Source of the DNA: Cycas panzhihuaensis
Lineage: Eukaryota > Plantae > Cycadophyta
Length of the DNA stretch: 64,000 nucleotides
Direction: 5' to 3'
NCBI GenBank assembly: GCA_023213395.1
Contig: CM041465.1
Span: 160,711,741 to 160,775,740, forward strand
Shown: positions 15,201 to 28,299 of the stretch, piece after piece
Position numbering within the stretch: position 1 is the first letter of the stretch
Layout: each line of letters starts with the position of its first letter
Made by a program: the position numbers and the translations under genes
The notes under the pieces: model-generated
What the model saw: the letters and a program-made list of their open reading frames with translations, nothing else
Database searches by the model: none
What the model was told of the DNA's origin: nothing

Positions 15201-16540
15201 TGTTAGTTTGTTTTTAAATTAAATTTAGGGTCCGAGGGGAGAGGGAATGATAGTGAAACCCTACCTGTTCATTTTCGTGGTGGCAGCTATGGATTTTGCT
15301 CTGTAGTCTTTGACTTAATGGAGGCGGCGACTAAGGGAGGTGTCTTTGTAGAAGCGACGGTGTTACATCACGATATGGTTTAGGTTTGTATTCTCTGAAG
15401 CCTTTTCATAGACGATCTCTATGGTTAATTCTATGTCTTCTAGAGGGTTGTTGACGGGGATTGTCAGCTTCTCATTCTAGGAAGGATTTGTATCACTGTC
15501 GGGATCCACCTTCCTCGAGAGCTTATACTCTAGATCCACCCAGACTACAATGTAGGGATGAAGATTTCCATTTCTCTAATTCACATTCTTCAGATCCTGC
15601 ACAGAAATCACCGTGATCTTGATATCGATCGGCTTAGGGATCCTGCAATCACCCCAGGCGCGTGGATGGACTTTACACGACAATCTCTATTTTTTCGCAG
15701 GAATTTTTTAGAGACTTTGACGGGGCCCAATATCAAGATCTTATGAAGATATACACTCTTATGATAATGCAATACCTCCACCCATTCCTACAGAATTTAT
15801 AGCCCTTGCTGAGAGAGCTATTGAGGAGGGACAGAGAGCTAATGGAAGCAGATTTACTAGGAGTTTTATTGAGAATGAACCCTGATATCTGCCTTGTTAA
15901 TTTCTATAAACACACTAGGAGACTAGGGATGCATCGGGACAGGAATGAAAGTAAAAGCAGTATTAGTAGAGGACTACCCGTTGTATCATTTTCCTTGGGT
16001 GACTCGGGTGCATCCACACACTTCACCTCATTAGCTTAATCAAGAGACAGGCTTGTGTCCAGGAAGGATTAATCTCACTTCCAGACAACTCTGATACCAT
16101 GTAGAAGAGAGGTAACATGACAATCTCAACAAGATCAAATAATTAACCATACACATGTGCCAAATGACATTGAAAAAGTACACATATTTGGTAGGTGTAA
16201 AAACCCTTCTGGGGAAGAAAAACCACCTCTTTAATTTGTAAATTTATTTACTGAAAAACTCTACATAAAGACTTGCCATAATTACCATCTACATACTAAA
16301 CTAGGATAGAAACCAGCCTTCAGACAAGCTTATGACAGCCTCCTAAATTCTTGGAACCAATTCCTAGAATCTAGGAGAGACTATTTAAAGAATGAGAGGT
16401 TCATTGAAATGGGCAGTTGTTCATTTCAATGACCTTTACATAATAAATAATAATTAACATAAACTTTATAAAATGAACTTTAATAACTTACAGTTACAAT
16501 ATTAATATGTAACATAAAGCTAACATTAATATTCCTAATA
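9296..16540 (-). mobile_element. Full-length decayed Ty1/Copia LTR retrotransposon nested in the Gypsy integrase, with a ~2.1 kb 5' leader
   Basis: LTRs at 9296-9737 and 16100-16540. TSD ATAAT at 9291-9295 and 16541-16545. PBS (rc CTCTGATACCA) ends at 16099 and the PPT (rc TCCCCCTTT) is at 9738. gag starts at ~13991. Protease WILDSGASH at ~12950, integrase ORFs 12093-12479 and 11595-11906, RT ~10500-11300, RNase H ~9830-10260. Confidence 0.95.
15737..16006 (+). pseudogene. AlkB-family 2OG-Fe(II) dioxygenase fragment (plant ALKBH1B-D-like), antisense within the Copia leader
   Basis: RSYEDIHSYDNAIPPPIPTEFIALAERAIEEG, then a frameshift, then MNPDICLVNFYKHTRRLGMHRDRNESKSSISRGLPVVSFSLGDS. It contains the NxY and HxD motifs. 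It is truncated before the distal His and the RxNLTFR motif. Confidence 0.85.
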
Positions 16541-16545
16541 ATAAT

Positions 16546-16990
16546 GATCGAAAGATCTCATAAATAGACATCGCTCCAATTAGTATATGGTTTGGAAGTT
16601 GTATTTCCAATAGAATTTTAAGCTGAAAGCCTAAAAGTAGTGGTTTAATTGCAGATGCAAGACCAAGATTCTTAAGACTAAAGGATTATGGAGCTATTGA
16701 AGCTTGATGAACAAAGAGTGGGAGAGTTATGGGAATTAAAAGTAGAGAATAAAAGGTGGAAAGTGTAGAATGATTGGCATTTGAAGATACCACAATTCAA
16801 AGAAGGAGATTTGGTTTTAATGTACAATAGTAAATTCTGAATAAAACCCAAAAAAATAAAATTATGATGGTGAGGACAATATAAGGTAAACCACATTAGG
16901 AGAAATAGAGTAGTTCTACTTAGATAACTTGATGGAACCCTATTAACAAAGGTGATAAACAAAAGTTAGTTGAAGTTGTATATAACAAAG
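16546..16990 (+). mobile_element. Continuation of the Gypsy integrase C-terminus after the Copia insertion
   Basis: QLVYGLEVVFPIEF and FKEGDLVLMYNSK-like peptides plus a GPY/F-type region resume right after TSD ATAAT. Confidence 0.85.
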
Positions 16991-18114
16991 CATAAAGAAA
17001 AAAAAAAAGAATTATGAGGATAATAAAACATTTAGTTATTATAAGTATAACTTATGAAAGGGACCAGAATACGAGGAATATTATAATTATTGGTGATGAC
17101 CTTGGTCATAATAATTAAAGTAGATCAATGATTGTGATTAAATGATTACAAGTCATTATTTAATATGATGTGATTACAATTTTAGTAGTTATGTTTACGA
17201 TGATCATAGTATGATAAGAGGTGATAGGCATGAGAAATCATCATTACTATTTACAAGAAATTATCTTATTAATTTATTGCCTTATGGAACTTTTGGTACT
17301 AATTAGTTATTAATAGTTACTTCGGTCAAATAAAATTTTGACCTAGACCTCATTGATATTACTTTATACAAGTGTAATACATTGAGTAAAGCATAGAGTA
17401 AGTAATTATGACTAATGAATTATACTAACTCATGATGGGATTTTGAGAATTATATGACAAGCATATTTATAAGTAATGGTTAGAAATTTTGCTAAAAAAT
17501 CCCTGAAAAAAGAATTAGATAGTCACAAGATTCAAATAATATATTTTAGTAGGCATTCTTTTATTTGTTTTTAATTTTCTCATGGTTATAACTACAATGA
17601 TAGCTTAACGAACCTCCTTCCTTAATTATTTGCTTGAAGCAATTGAATGATTGACTAGATTTCTAAATGAAGGACCAAATATTCCTAAAGATAAATAGAT
17701 TTCTAGGGAATAACTAATATATTAAATCAAAGTGAAGGAGTCCAACATCTCTAGTTTAGGAATCCAAATTTCAAGGATTTCTTCAGGGTAAATATGATAG
17801 GATATGCATTTTCTATTTACCCAAGTTATATTATGATAAATAATCCTTTTTATTCCAATCCATTTATATTCCATATTGATCAAGGTTATAAAAGGATAAC
17901 ATTTTAATTAGGCTAAATTTGTTTCTAATAGATTTTTAAAAAATCTAAAGAGTGTAAGCAACACTATGTAATTTATCATACTTTTCTACCTAACTTTGCT
18001 CTAAAGGTTATTATTTTTATAATCCCTAGATGTTAAACTCCCATCAGTGGATGAAGGTTACTCCATTTTAGTAAAGTGGACTAAAATTTTAATAGAGAAT
18101 GAGGGCATGATTTG

Positions 18115-21100
18115 TAAAGAGAAAATATAACTGCAGAAGCAATATGATAACTAAACTTTAAACCATACAAAAAATAAATAACATAAACAAGCCAAGCACA
18201 TAATAAAGAATACTAGGAGATTTAAGTCTAAGCATAGACCTTTTATTAATTTGAGTAATAGCTAAAGAATTACAAAGATGAATAGATCCTAACTCTTCTC
18301 ATTGACTCATCAAAGACTCATCCTTGTCTTTTTACATATGTCATTATATAAGAATATATAGATACAACATTACAAGATACCATCTTGTGATTTTACAATA
18401 TAATGGGCATAAACCATAGGTTGATAAAGACCCCCATAAGACACCTAAAAAAGTTTTCTTAGGAGTTCCTACCCCTAAACCCTCACTTGGGGGCTTGTTG
18501 GCCCCTCGAGAGCCCCCCAAATCCCCTAGTCGAGGGCTTTACGATGGGACCCTAGACCCCACAAAGGGGATCAAGTGTAATACATATACCTATATAACAC
18601 TTGAAAAGTATTTAATATATCTAAGAATCTCTTGCTTGTTGAACACTTTACAAGAAATCTGCATACACAATTACTTAATACTAAAATCATAAACACCCAT
18701 TGTATTTCTACACCATTTAAATTTTTCTCTGCTAACAATCTTAGTGAATGATTCTGTAATATTCTATTATATAGCAATCTTCTGTAAATCCACCTTATGA
18801 TCTTGAATCATTTCTCTCACAAAATGGAACTGCATATCAATATGCTTTGACCAAGCATGAAAAATAGGATTCTTTGCTAGGTAGATTACACTTTAACTAT
18901 CATAATCTATCCTCACCATATCCTACTTCAAGCCAATATTTGTGCATAATCTCTATAACTAAATTTCTTCCTTGCATGTATGATTAGCTACCATATACTC
19001 TACTTCTGTTCTAGAAAGTTCCACAACTTACCGTCTTTTACTCATCCAGCTGACTACATCAGCACAAAGGGTAAAAACATACTTGCTTATAGATCTTTTG
19101 CTGTTAAGATCTCTAGCTTAATCAACATTAACAAAACCTCTCAGGTTCATTATTCTACTCTCTATGGGATCTCCTTAATAGAAAATTCCATAGTCTGATG
19201 CACCCCATAGATACATGAAAATCCTTTTCACAATCACCTAATGGTCCCTACCTGGGTTTGATATATACTTGCTAACTACTCCCACTACATGGATAATATC
19301 TGATTAAGTACAAACCATCATATACATCAGGCTACTAATAGCACTAGCATAAGGGATAAATGCCATGTCTTCAACTTCTTCGTGAGTCCTTAGGCATTAT
19401 TTAACTGATAATTTTAAACTAGTAGGAAGATGAATATTAGTTGGTTTACTATCCTACAACCTATATTGCTGCAATATTGTCTCAATATACCATCTTTGAC
19501 TAAGCGAAATCTTCTTATTTCTCCTATCCCTTTTAATCTCAATGCTTGAAATAAAATATGCAGTACCAAGGTCTTTCATCTCAAAATGAGATACCAATTA
19601 GCATTTCATAAGTTGGTTCATTTCTTTATTATTACTAACTAAAATTATATCATCAATATATAAAGCTAGAATAACAAAATAATCACCAACCTACTTATAA
19701 TAAATGCAATGATTTGGTTTACTATACACAAAGCCATCCACTAATATATGTGAATCAAACTTCTAATACCACATTGTTAGAGATTGTTTCAAGCCGTATA
19801 ACGACTTCTTCAACCTACACATCATATTCTCCTTTTCTGTAACTTTAAACCCTTCAAGCTATAATATATACATTTCTTCCTCGAGGTCACCATGAAGAAA
19901 TGTAATCTTCACATCCATTTGATCCACCTTAAGGTCATAGGCAATTAGTATAATTAAAAAAAATCTAATTAAAGTAACTTTTGTAATAGAAGAAAATACC
20001 TTGCCAAAACCTATTCCCTTAACCTAGGAATAACCTTTTATTACCAAGTAAGCCTTGTACTTTTCTATAATACCATATGCGCAAAACTTTCTTTTGAAGA
20101 TCCATTTGTTATCAATAGATTTTCTATTATTAGGTAGATCCACCAAATCCTATGTATTATTTTTGTCTAAGGCTATCATTTCTTCTTGTATGGCTTTATC
20201 CAAAGTTGGCTCTCTTTAAACTCTAGGGCCTCCTAAATAATACCTAGATCATCATTTGTAACAAATAAAACATAAGAGGAGTGACGGAAGTCTTCAAGAA
20301 TATACATATCAGGTTGTCTTCTATCATGAGTTGATCTCCTCAAGATGTGGGGTTCTTGAGGTTGAGCTACCTTTACAATTGGTCCTTCCTCTTCAGCTGA
20401 CTCATATTTTGATGCAGAATCTTCATCCTTTACCATAAATTACACCTTCTTAGACTTTTCCTCCTTTAATTCTTTATCTTGCTTTAGAGACTTGAACTCC
20501 TCTCTAAAGATAACATCACGACTATACACAAACTTTTATGTTTCAAGGTTATAAAGCTTGTACATTTTAACTCCATCACTATAGCCAATGAAAATAGTCT
20601 TTTATACTTTGAAATCAAGCTTAGTCATTTAGTATCTAGGAACATGCATAAAAGCTTTATAACTAAAAACTTTAAGATGACCATGAGATGGTTTCTTACA
20701 AGACCACACTTCTTCAGGTGTTTTGTATACTAAGGTAGTTGTTAGTAATATGTTTATCAAGTAGCTTATAGTCATCACATCCTCAGTCCTTAATTTCTTC
20801 TCTAATCCAACAGTACTAAGCATACTCCTCAATCTCTTTAGTAAGGTCTTATTCATTCTTTTAGCAACTCTGTTCTACTATGATGTATAGGGAATTACCT
20901 TTTACGTGGCTATCCCACACTACTTATAGAATCACTTAAACTCCTTTGAATAAAACTCACCTCCATTATTAGTCTTTAGTACCTTGAACCACATATCACT
21001 CTGATTCTTGACCAAGGCCTTAAGTTTTTTGAATTTACTAAGGACTTTAGATTTTTGCCTCATAAAATACAACCATATCTTTCTCAAAAAATCATTTATG

Positions 21101-23206
21101 AATGAGATAAAGTATTTGGACCCACCTAATGAGGGTACATCAATAAGTCTAAAAACATTATTATATACCAATTGTAGAATACCCTTTTCTCTCTTCGAGC
21201 CTAAAATAAAATTGACCCAATTCTATTTTCCATGTACACAATGCTCACAGAAATCAAAATCAAATGAGTCATTAATTCTAGAGATGTCTTTTACCACACC
21301 TTTAGAGAATAAATCATGGAGGCCTTCCTCTCCAATATGGACTAATCTCTGATGACACAACATAGTTTTACTAATAAGTGATATTTGGGTCCCATCTACA
21401 TTATTGCTACTTTCTATAATAGTTGGACTACAACTTCTAGCACATAGCATGCTTACATTAATCTTGTATAGTGTTCTAAATCAGACACCTCTTGCTAACA
21501 CTAATGCTCTTCAAACAATTCTATAATTATCTTTATTGAAAATTACTTCTATTTCTACATCACCCAATTAATGACAGATAATAGACTCATAGCTAAACTG
21601 GGAATATGACTCACATCAGGGATAGTTTTAACCTTTCCATCCCCAAATCAAACCTTCACCCTTCCACTACCTATAATTTTATATAGGTAATGATCCCTAA
21701 GAAATACTTCACATCTATCAATACTTGTTTATTCACAAAACCAGTCCTTATGGGGAGTAACATAAATTGAAGTACCGTAGTTAATTACCCAAGACTCAAT
21801 ATTTGACAACTTACCTAAGGTTGCGAAATAAATATTGCCATAAACTTCATTAGGGGCTTTTGCTACTGTGGAAGAAGTAGATTTAGGTGACTTTCCTTTA
21901 TCTACCTTAACTTAACACTGGCTCTTCATATGGCCAGCCTTCCTACATCTCCAACATACCAACGAGCCTCTACCTTGAGATTTAGATTTCCCTCTAGATT
22001 TTGGTCATCTATTCCTAGGCTTTTGTTAGTCATGATCTAATGTTTAACCTCTCATTGTTAATTCTTCCTTTAAATGATTCTCAAAAGATTTTTGTCTTAT
22101 CTCTTCTAATAGTAGAGAAATAATAACATCATCAAATTTTAGGGTGAGAAAGTTATGATGCTAATCATCATCATAAGATTATCCCAAGAATTAGGCAGTG
22201 AACATACCAAGGTAATATACTTGTCTTTTTAAAATATTATTATCTCAATTGAAATAAGTTGGCTTACCACAGTATTAAATATAGTGAGATAATCTATAAT
22301 TGCATCTCTATCACCCATCTTAAGTGAATACAATTTTTTTCGAAGAAATAACTTATTAACCAAGGACTTAGTTTGATACAAAGCCTCTAACTTTCTCCAT
22401 AGATCTTTGGTCGTAGGCTTTATGGCAACATTCAACAATACCATGTCTAAAGGTATAACCTTATTGAATTGATTGCTTTTCGATCAAGCTTCTTCCAATC
22501 TTCATCACCCATAGTCATAGGCTTTGCTCCTACTATAGTGATATCTTCAATCTTTAGCTTCCACAACATAAAGTTCTAGTCATTAAACTTTTCAATCTCC
22601 ATCTTTGTAGTGCTTATTATGATTTTGCACTCAAGTTCATCGAACAAGGCTCCCACTTAGTAAATGGCTTCCCATAGAATAAAACCCCTTAGCTTTGATA
22701 CTAAATGAAGAGAAAATATAACTACAAAAGTAATGTAATAATAGAACTCTAAACCGTGCAAAGAGCAAATAGCATAAATAAGCTAAGTAAAAAATAAAGA
22801 ACACTAAGAGATTTAGGTCTGAGCATAGACCTTTTATTAATCTAAGTAACAACTAAAGGATTATAGAGATGAATAAACCCCAACTCTTCTTATCAACTCA
22901 TCAAAGATTCATCCTTGCCTTTTTACATGTGTCATTACATAAGAATATAAAGACACAATATTACAAGATACTACCTTGCAATTTTACTATATAATGAGCA
23001 TAAACCATGGGCTGACAAACACCCCCCTAAGACACCCAAAAAAAATTTCTCAGGGGATCCTATCCCCAAACCCCCACCTAGGGGACCATTGACCCCCCAA
23101 ACCTTCCAGTCGGGGGCGCTACAATGGGCCCTCATACCCCGTAAAGGGGCTCAAATGTAATGCCTATATCCATGTAACATTTACAAAGTGTTCAACATAT
23201 CTAAGA
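18115..23206 (-). mobile_element. Full-length decayed Ty1/Copia (Tnt1/Tork-like) LTR retrotransposon
   Basis: LTRs at 18115-18626 and 22706-23206. TSD ATTTG/GTTTG (1 mismatch). Degenerate iMet PBS (rc GCTTTGATACTA, 22692-22703). gag LYQTKSLVNKLFLRKKLYSLKM, integrase ORFs 20629-21450, RT and RNase H at 18700-20200. Confidence 0.92.
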
Positions 23207-24399
23207 GTTTGATGTCATTGGTGAGATTGCATGAGTAGGTGAAGACTTGGATTCAACAGCAGTGGTAGGCTAGAAATCCACAATCATGCCGGATAGAAAA
23301 AGAAGAAGAAGAAGAAGATAAGAAACCATGAGAAGAGGTGACTTCGTAGACCTAGACCAGGGTGTAAGACTGGGATTAAAAAGAAAATATAAAGAAAAAA
23401 AAGAATAAAAATAAAATAAAAATTAGAATAGGAAAACAAAAATTAGGAGAAGATCTAACCATTATAGATGAAGAAGTTGACAGACCTATAAAATATCCAT
23501 AGGCAACCATACCCATAGTATTAATATATATTGAAGAAGAGTGCCAAAAAGGATGAAGTTGGCTATAGTAAAGAGACAATAAGAAGTTCTAGAATAATTA
23601 AATGGTCAACCACTAGAAGTCAATTTTGGTCCTTTTAAAGATATTTTAGAAGAAGGCTTAGACCTAATCTCTTATAATCCCTAAGATGTCTCATAATAGA
23701 AGATATCTTTCTTGGCAAAGGTTACTCAACAATTACTAACTAAATTGGAGTAGAGGACCAGGAGGCATCTACATGACATGCAAAGGATATAAAAGTTAGA
23801 GGAGAAATTAGCCACTACTAAAGCTCATTTAGAAAATTTGAAGGAATTCATAATGGATTGGGGAAGAGATACAGATATTGTGAATCACCAGATGTAAGCA
23901 TTCAAAGCTTATTTTAAACAAGATAACCCCCTTAAGTTGCATGAAGTCATATATAAGTTAAGGGCTTAGATTGTTAAAAAATAAGAGGAATTCATCCATG
24001 CCAATATATTTTGGAGTAAAATTTATCACGTACATCAGGATTTACATATGGCCAAACAAATGAACAACAAACTCATAAAAGAAATTAAACATCTGTATTT
24101 AGGAGAGAGACCTACTTTGGCATAGTTAGATGTTGTGCATGACATTGTCTATTGATCTCAAGGAGTTGGAGTACCACCTACTATTATGTAGCCTGATCCT
24201 ATCTATGTACGGTAATCAACGAATAAATTATGTAAGACGAAAAAAGAAGCATGGTGATCATAGTTCAAAAGTTTTGGGGGGAAGGAGTTGGGGTAAAAAT
24301 TTTTAAAAGCTAGAAATGAGTGAGGACATTCATTAGATTTGTGATAGGGGAGATGTATGTGGTAAAGTTATGCATATATATTTTTTGTTTGATTAGGTT

Positions 24400-24790
24400 A
24401 TAGTTGTGATTATGACTAGGTTGTAGTGTTGCTATAGTCCTTACAATGTCATAGTTACAACCAAGTTATAGTTAAGGCACTGATTACAACTAGGTCATAG
24501 TTGAATCATAGTCATGATGAGGTCATAGTTAAGGTAGCGGTTACGACGAAGTCATAATTAAAGTAATGGTTATAACTAGGTCACAATTAGAGTACTACTT
24601 ATAACTAGATCACAGTTGGAGTAGTGGTTATGATCAAGTCATAGTTAGAGTAGTGGTTACAACCAAATCATAGTCGAAGTAACAATTGTAACTAGATCAC
24701 AATTAGAGAAACAATTATGACCATATCATAATTGGAGTGATAGTTACAACCAGATCATAATTAATACTACAATCGCAACTCATTCATAGT
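24400..24790. repeat. Degenerate ~30-bp tandem array (GTCATAGTTRGAGTAGTGGTTACAACYAR-like), roughly a dozen copies
   Basis: Recurrent TCAYAGTT..AGT..TGGTTA(C/T)AAC units at about 30-bp period, just after a purine tract and TGT at ~24354 (possible LTR start). Confidence 0.75.
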
Positions 24791-25159
24791 TCAATATAAA
24801 TAAATAAGAACCAATCCTTTTGTCCATAACTAAAGTTATTTTATATAAAACTATCATACTATTTCATATGTAATAAATAGTAGTTAATGCATTCATTTTT
24901 CATGTATAGGAAACAAGTCGATTTAGGAAATAGGATATGAGTAAGTGTGTGTGCATAGTTCTTCTTGCTCTAGTAAGCATGGCATCATAACTATAATTCT
25001 TATGTACTATTTGGGTATGTGTCTAGTTGTGAGAGGACTAGAAGTACTTCCTTATTTCTAATGATATCATATTTTGTATTAATTCTAGTATTACTTATGC
25101 TTATTTTATCTAGTTATTATTATGAGTCCTTAGTAGAGGTAAAGCAAGATAAACAACAA

Positions 25160-26238
25160 CCCAAGGTTTCAAATTGGAATGCAATTAAGTGAATTCTGAA
25201 ATACCTTTGTGGTTCATTACAATTTGGCATTGATAACTACTAGTTAGAAAATTCTTCTTTGGTAGGTTCCATAGATGCAGATTAGGCTAAATGTCAAGTT
25301 AGTGCTATATAACATCAGGTTACTATTTTAAACTGTGTTTAATAATTATTTTTTAGAGTGGTAAGAAATAACCAAATATCACCTTATCATCCATGAAAGT
25401 AGAATATAAAGTTATTGTTAGTACAATTATAAAAGCCATCTAACTTAGAATGATTCTTGTCAAACTTGGTCTTGAACAAACACATGCAACTCCACTCTTT
25501 TGTGACAACCAAAGTGTTATGAAGATGGAAAAGAATCTGGTATTCCATACAAGAATGAACCATATCGAGGTGCACTATTATTTTATCAAAAAACATATAT
25601 AGGATGGTGAAATCGATCCAGTCTACAAGATAACTGATGAACAAGTTGTAAACATTTTCACCAAAGTACTTGACAGATATAAATTTGAGTGGTTTTGGCA
25701 TAAGCACGATATTCAAATTAATAAACTTATTATTAAGAGAAGGTGGTAGAATTAATGATTCGTTCATTAATTCTTTAATATACTTTATAAATATATTATA
25801 AAAATGAATAACTTTAATAATATAATATTATAAAGTGTAAATGTATTTAAGTTATAACTTTCAGTTGTAAGTTCTAGTTTGAGGAGTAAAATACCAACTC
25901 TCTTTATTATAACTCTCTCATACATGTGTGCCACTTGTCCACTATGCATGACTTTCATATTGACTATATATTGAGACTCTTTCTTGGCAATTGTATATAT
26001 ATTCTTAGAGAGATTGTATACTATGTAAGTTGTGTTTATGTGAATGAAGAGTTCTTTTGGGGTTTGAACTTAATTTTTGCCCTCTCAATTTCTTATGCTT
26101 TGATCTTACTTCTATTCTTGTGGTTATTTATTTTTAGTGACTTGAATCCTAGTAAAGAGAATAGGAAATTTGTTTTCTCTCAATACTTACCTCCTCATGT
26201 TCTACTTGCTTATGTCTCTCCTATTATCCCTATACAAC
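25160..26238 (+). mobile_element. Copia 3' fragment: end of RT, RNase H, PPT and probable 3' LTR
   Basis: WNAIK*ILKYL, FCDNQSV, LVFHTRMNHIEVHYYFIK and NIFTK remnants. Purine tract AAGAGAAGG at ~25735, then TG...CAACA (~26238). Confidence 0.75.
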
Positions 26239-26339
26239 ATCAAGGGCGATGGGAATAAATAACCAAAACATGTTTCAACATGAGAATTTTAGGTGGATGT
26301 GTGTAATATCCTATTATATGAATGATATATGTACAGAAG

Positions 26340-26900
26340 ATTCTCATCTTAAATCCTTGAATATTTTCTATTATAACCATATGAGATTTATATCAAAGTG
26401 TGATTGACTACTTCGGTTTGTTCATCCACTTGTGGATGGAAGGTAGTTGACATATTTACCTCTATATCCATTTTCTCCCATAATGTGGTCCAAAATCTAC
26501 CTAAAAACCTTGAATCTCTATCTAAAATAACAAATTTAGGCAAACCAGAATGAATTGTTGCTTCATGGATTACTATGGATTTCTTATAAGTCATGACTAT
26601 GCACATCTTCCTAAGCTTATCTAGAACTATAAATAAGTAATCATGGCCCTATTTTATCATTAACAATACTCCAACAAATCTATGAATATACTCTACCATG
26701 ATCTATTAGATACCAACAATGGTATATATATAAGCTAGGTTTCCTATTGCTAAGCTTACTTGTACGAAAAAGTATACATCCTCTAATAAACTTGGAGACT
26801 TACTCTTGCATTTAAGGCTAGTAAAGATACCTTTTTAAATTGGCTATTATTTTTTCAACATTAAAATGCCTAGAAACTTCTAATAAATGTATAATTCTAA
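26340..26900 (-). mobile_element. Gypsy (chromovirus-like) integrase fragment
   Basis: GHFNVEK zinc-finger remnant and HSGLPKFVILDRDSRFLGRFWTTLW..MSTTFHPQVDEQTEVVN (rve core). Confidence 0.85.
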
Positions 26901-27864
26901 TGAGTTAAACTTTTTGTTGTTAAGATTTTAAGCAAAATCTAGCCTTGCCTCTTGATTTTAAATGACATGTTACTTATGTGGCACTTTGGAAGTGAGTGTT
27001 ATATTATGTAGATAAATTTTATGTAAGTCAATTGAAGAACATTAATATTTCTCAACTTTATTATTTTCCCTAGGTTTTGGGGGTAGGTCATATGTGTTTG
27101 AGTATCAAATCATAATTATTATTCTAATTAAGCCATTGCAAGAATAAAACCCTTCATGGAATACATAATGAAGCCCTCAATGAGCTTTACTCTTAGTCAA
27201 CCAGAGACAATTCCCTAATAAGGATGTAGACATATTAGTGCAGTATACTTAATAAGAAGGATCCATAAAATTTTAAGCTTCAAAGTGGTTTAGATAGCTT
27301 TAATGGTACCAAAAAGTGAGTTAGTTGATGCATGCTCTCTAAGAGTGTATTACAGTACTATCATTAATTGAAGAATCTTCTCTAAAGAGACCATAGGGCA
27401 ATTTATCCTATCACCATTTGAAGTATTTTAGATTACTCAAAATCCTAAGATTTATGAAGAGAAGTTGATAAAGTCATACTTGTAGGGTTAAAGATTATAA
27501 TAATGAAGAAGACAACTTAGCAATATTTAGCCAATATAGTGGGTAGATAGCCCACACACCTTATGTTAGTCATTCCTTCATACTAATAAAAAATATTAGA
27601 ATGATCACTTAGTGCCAGTATCTCCCCTCTACAATGGATTGAGCTGCAATCTAGTTATATGCTAATAATTTATTTTTTAAAATCAATTTATGATTTTAGA
27701 AATTATCAGGTAAACCTCTTTTTTGCTTATGCATATAACATTCTTAAATAAAAAATCAATGCTAGCATTTTACATCAATGTAAAACTTTTAACAAAGGGT
27801 TTTGTTCCACTTAGTGTATATTTTGAACTAAAATGTTATAATGCATCTAGAAATTATTTAATAA

Positions 27865-28299
27865 TGTTAGATTGTATAATGCAAACTTATGTATTTTAAT
27901 GTAATTATTTATGTCACATGTCTAAAATATAATTTAAGTCATTGTAATGTTTTTAACTTAGGTTTATTAAATTTGTGGAAGGTCGTTGAAATTACGAAAC
28001 TGCATTTCAACAAACCTCCTTAGTATTTAATCTCCTAAATTCCTGGAATATGTCTCAGGAATCTAGGAGGGCTATCTTCATGCATTTTTCAAAGGCTGGT
28101 TTGGTCTGTAGGTGGTTTCACCACATGGTTTTTGTTCAGTGTTATTTTATTAATAAAACTAGAATTTAGGAGGTGGTTTTTCTTCCCCAGAAGGGGTTTT
28201 CCACCTGTCAAATCTGTGTGCATATTCAATATTCAATATTTCCTGTGATGTTGTTAATTATGTGATCCTGTGATGTTGTTTATGCACCTATTTCCATCA
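27865..28299 (+). mobile_element. Solo LTR related to the LTRs of the 9296-16540 Copia (opposite orientation)
   Basis: TGTTAG...CCATCA flanked by AATAA/AATAG. It shares CAGGAATCTAGGAGG and GAGGTGGTTTTTCTTCCCCAGAAGGG blocks with the reverse complement of those LTRs. Confidence 0.75.
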
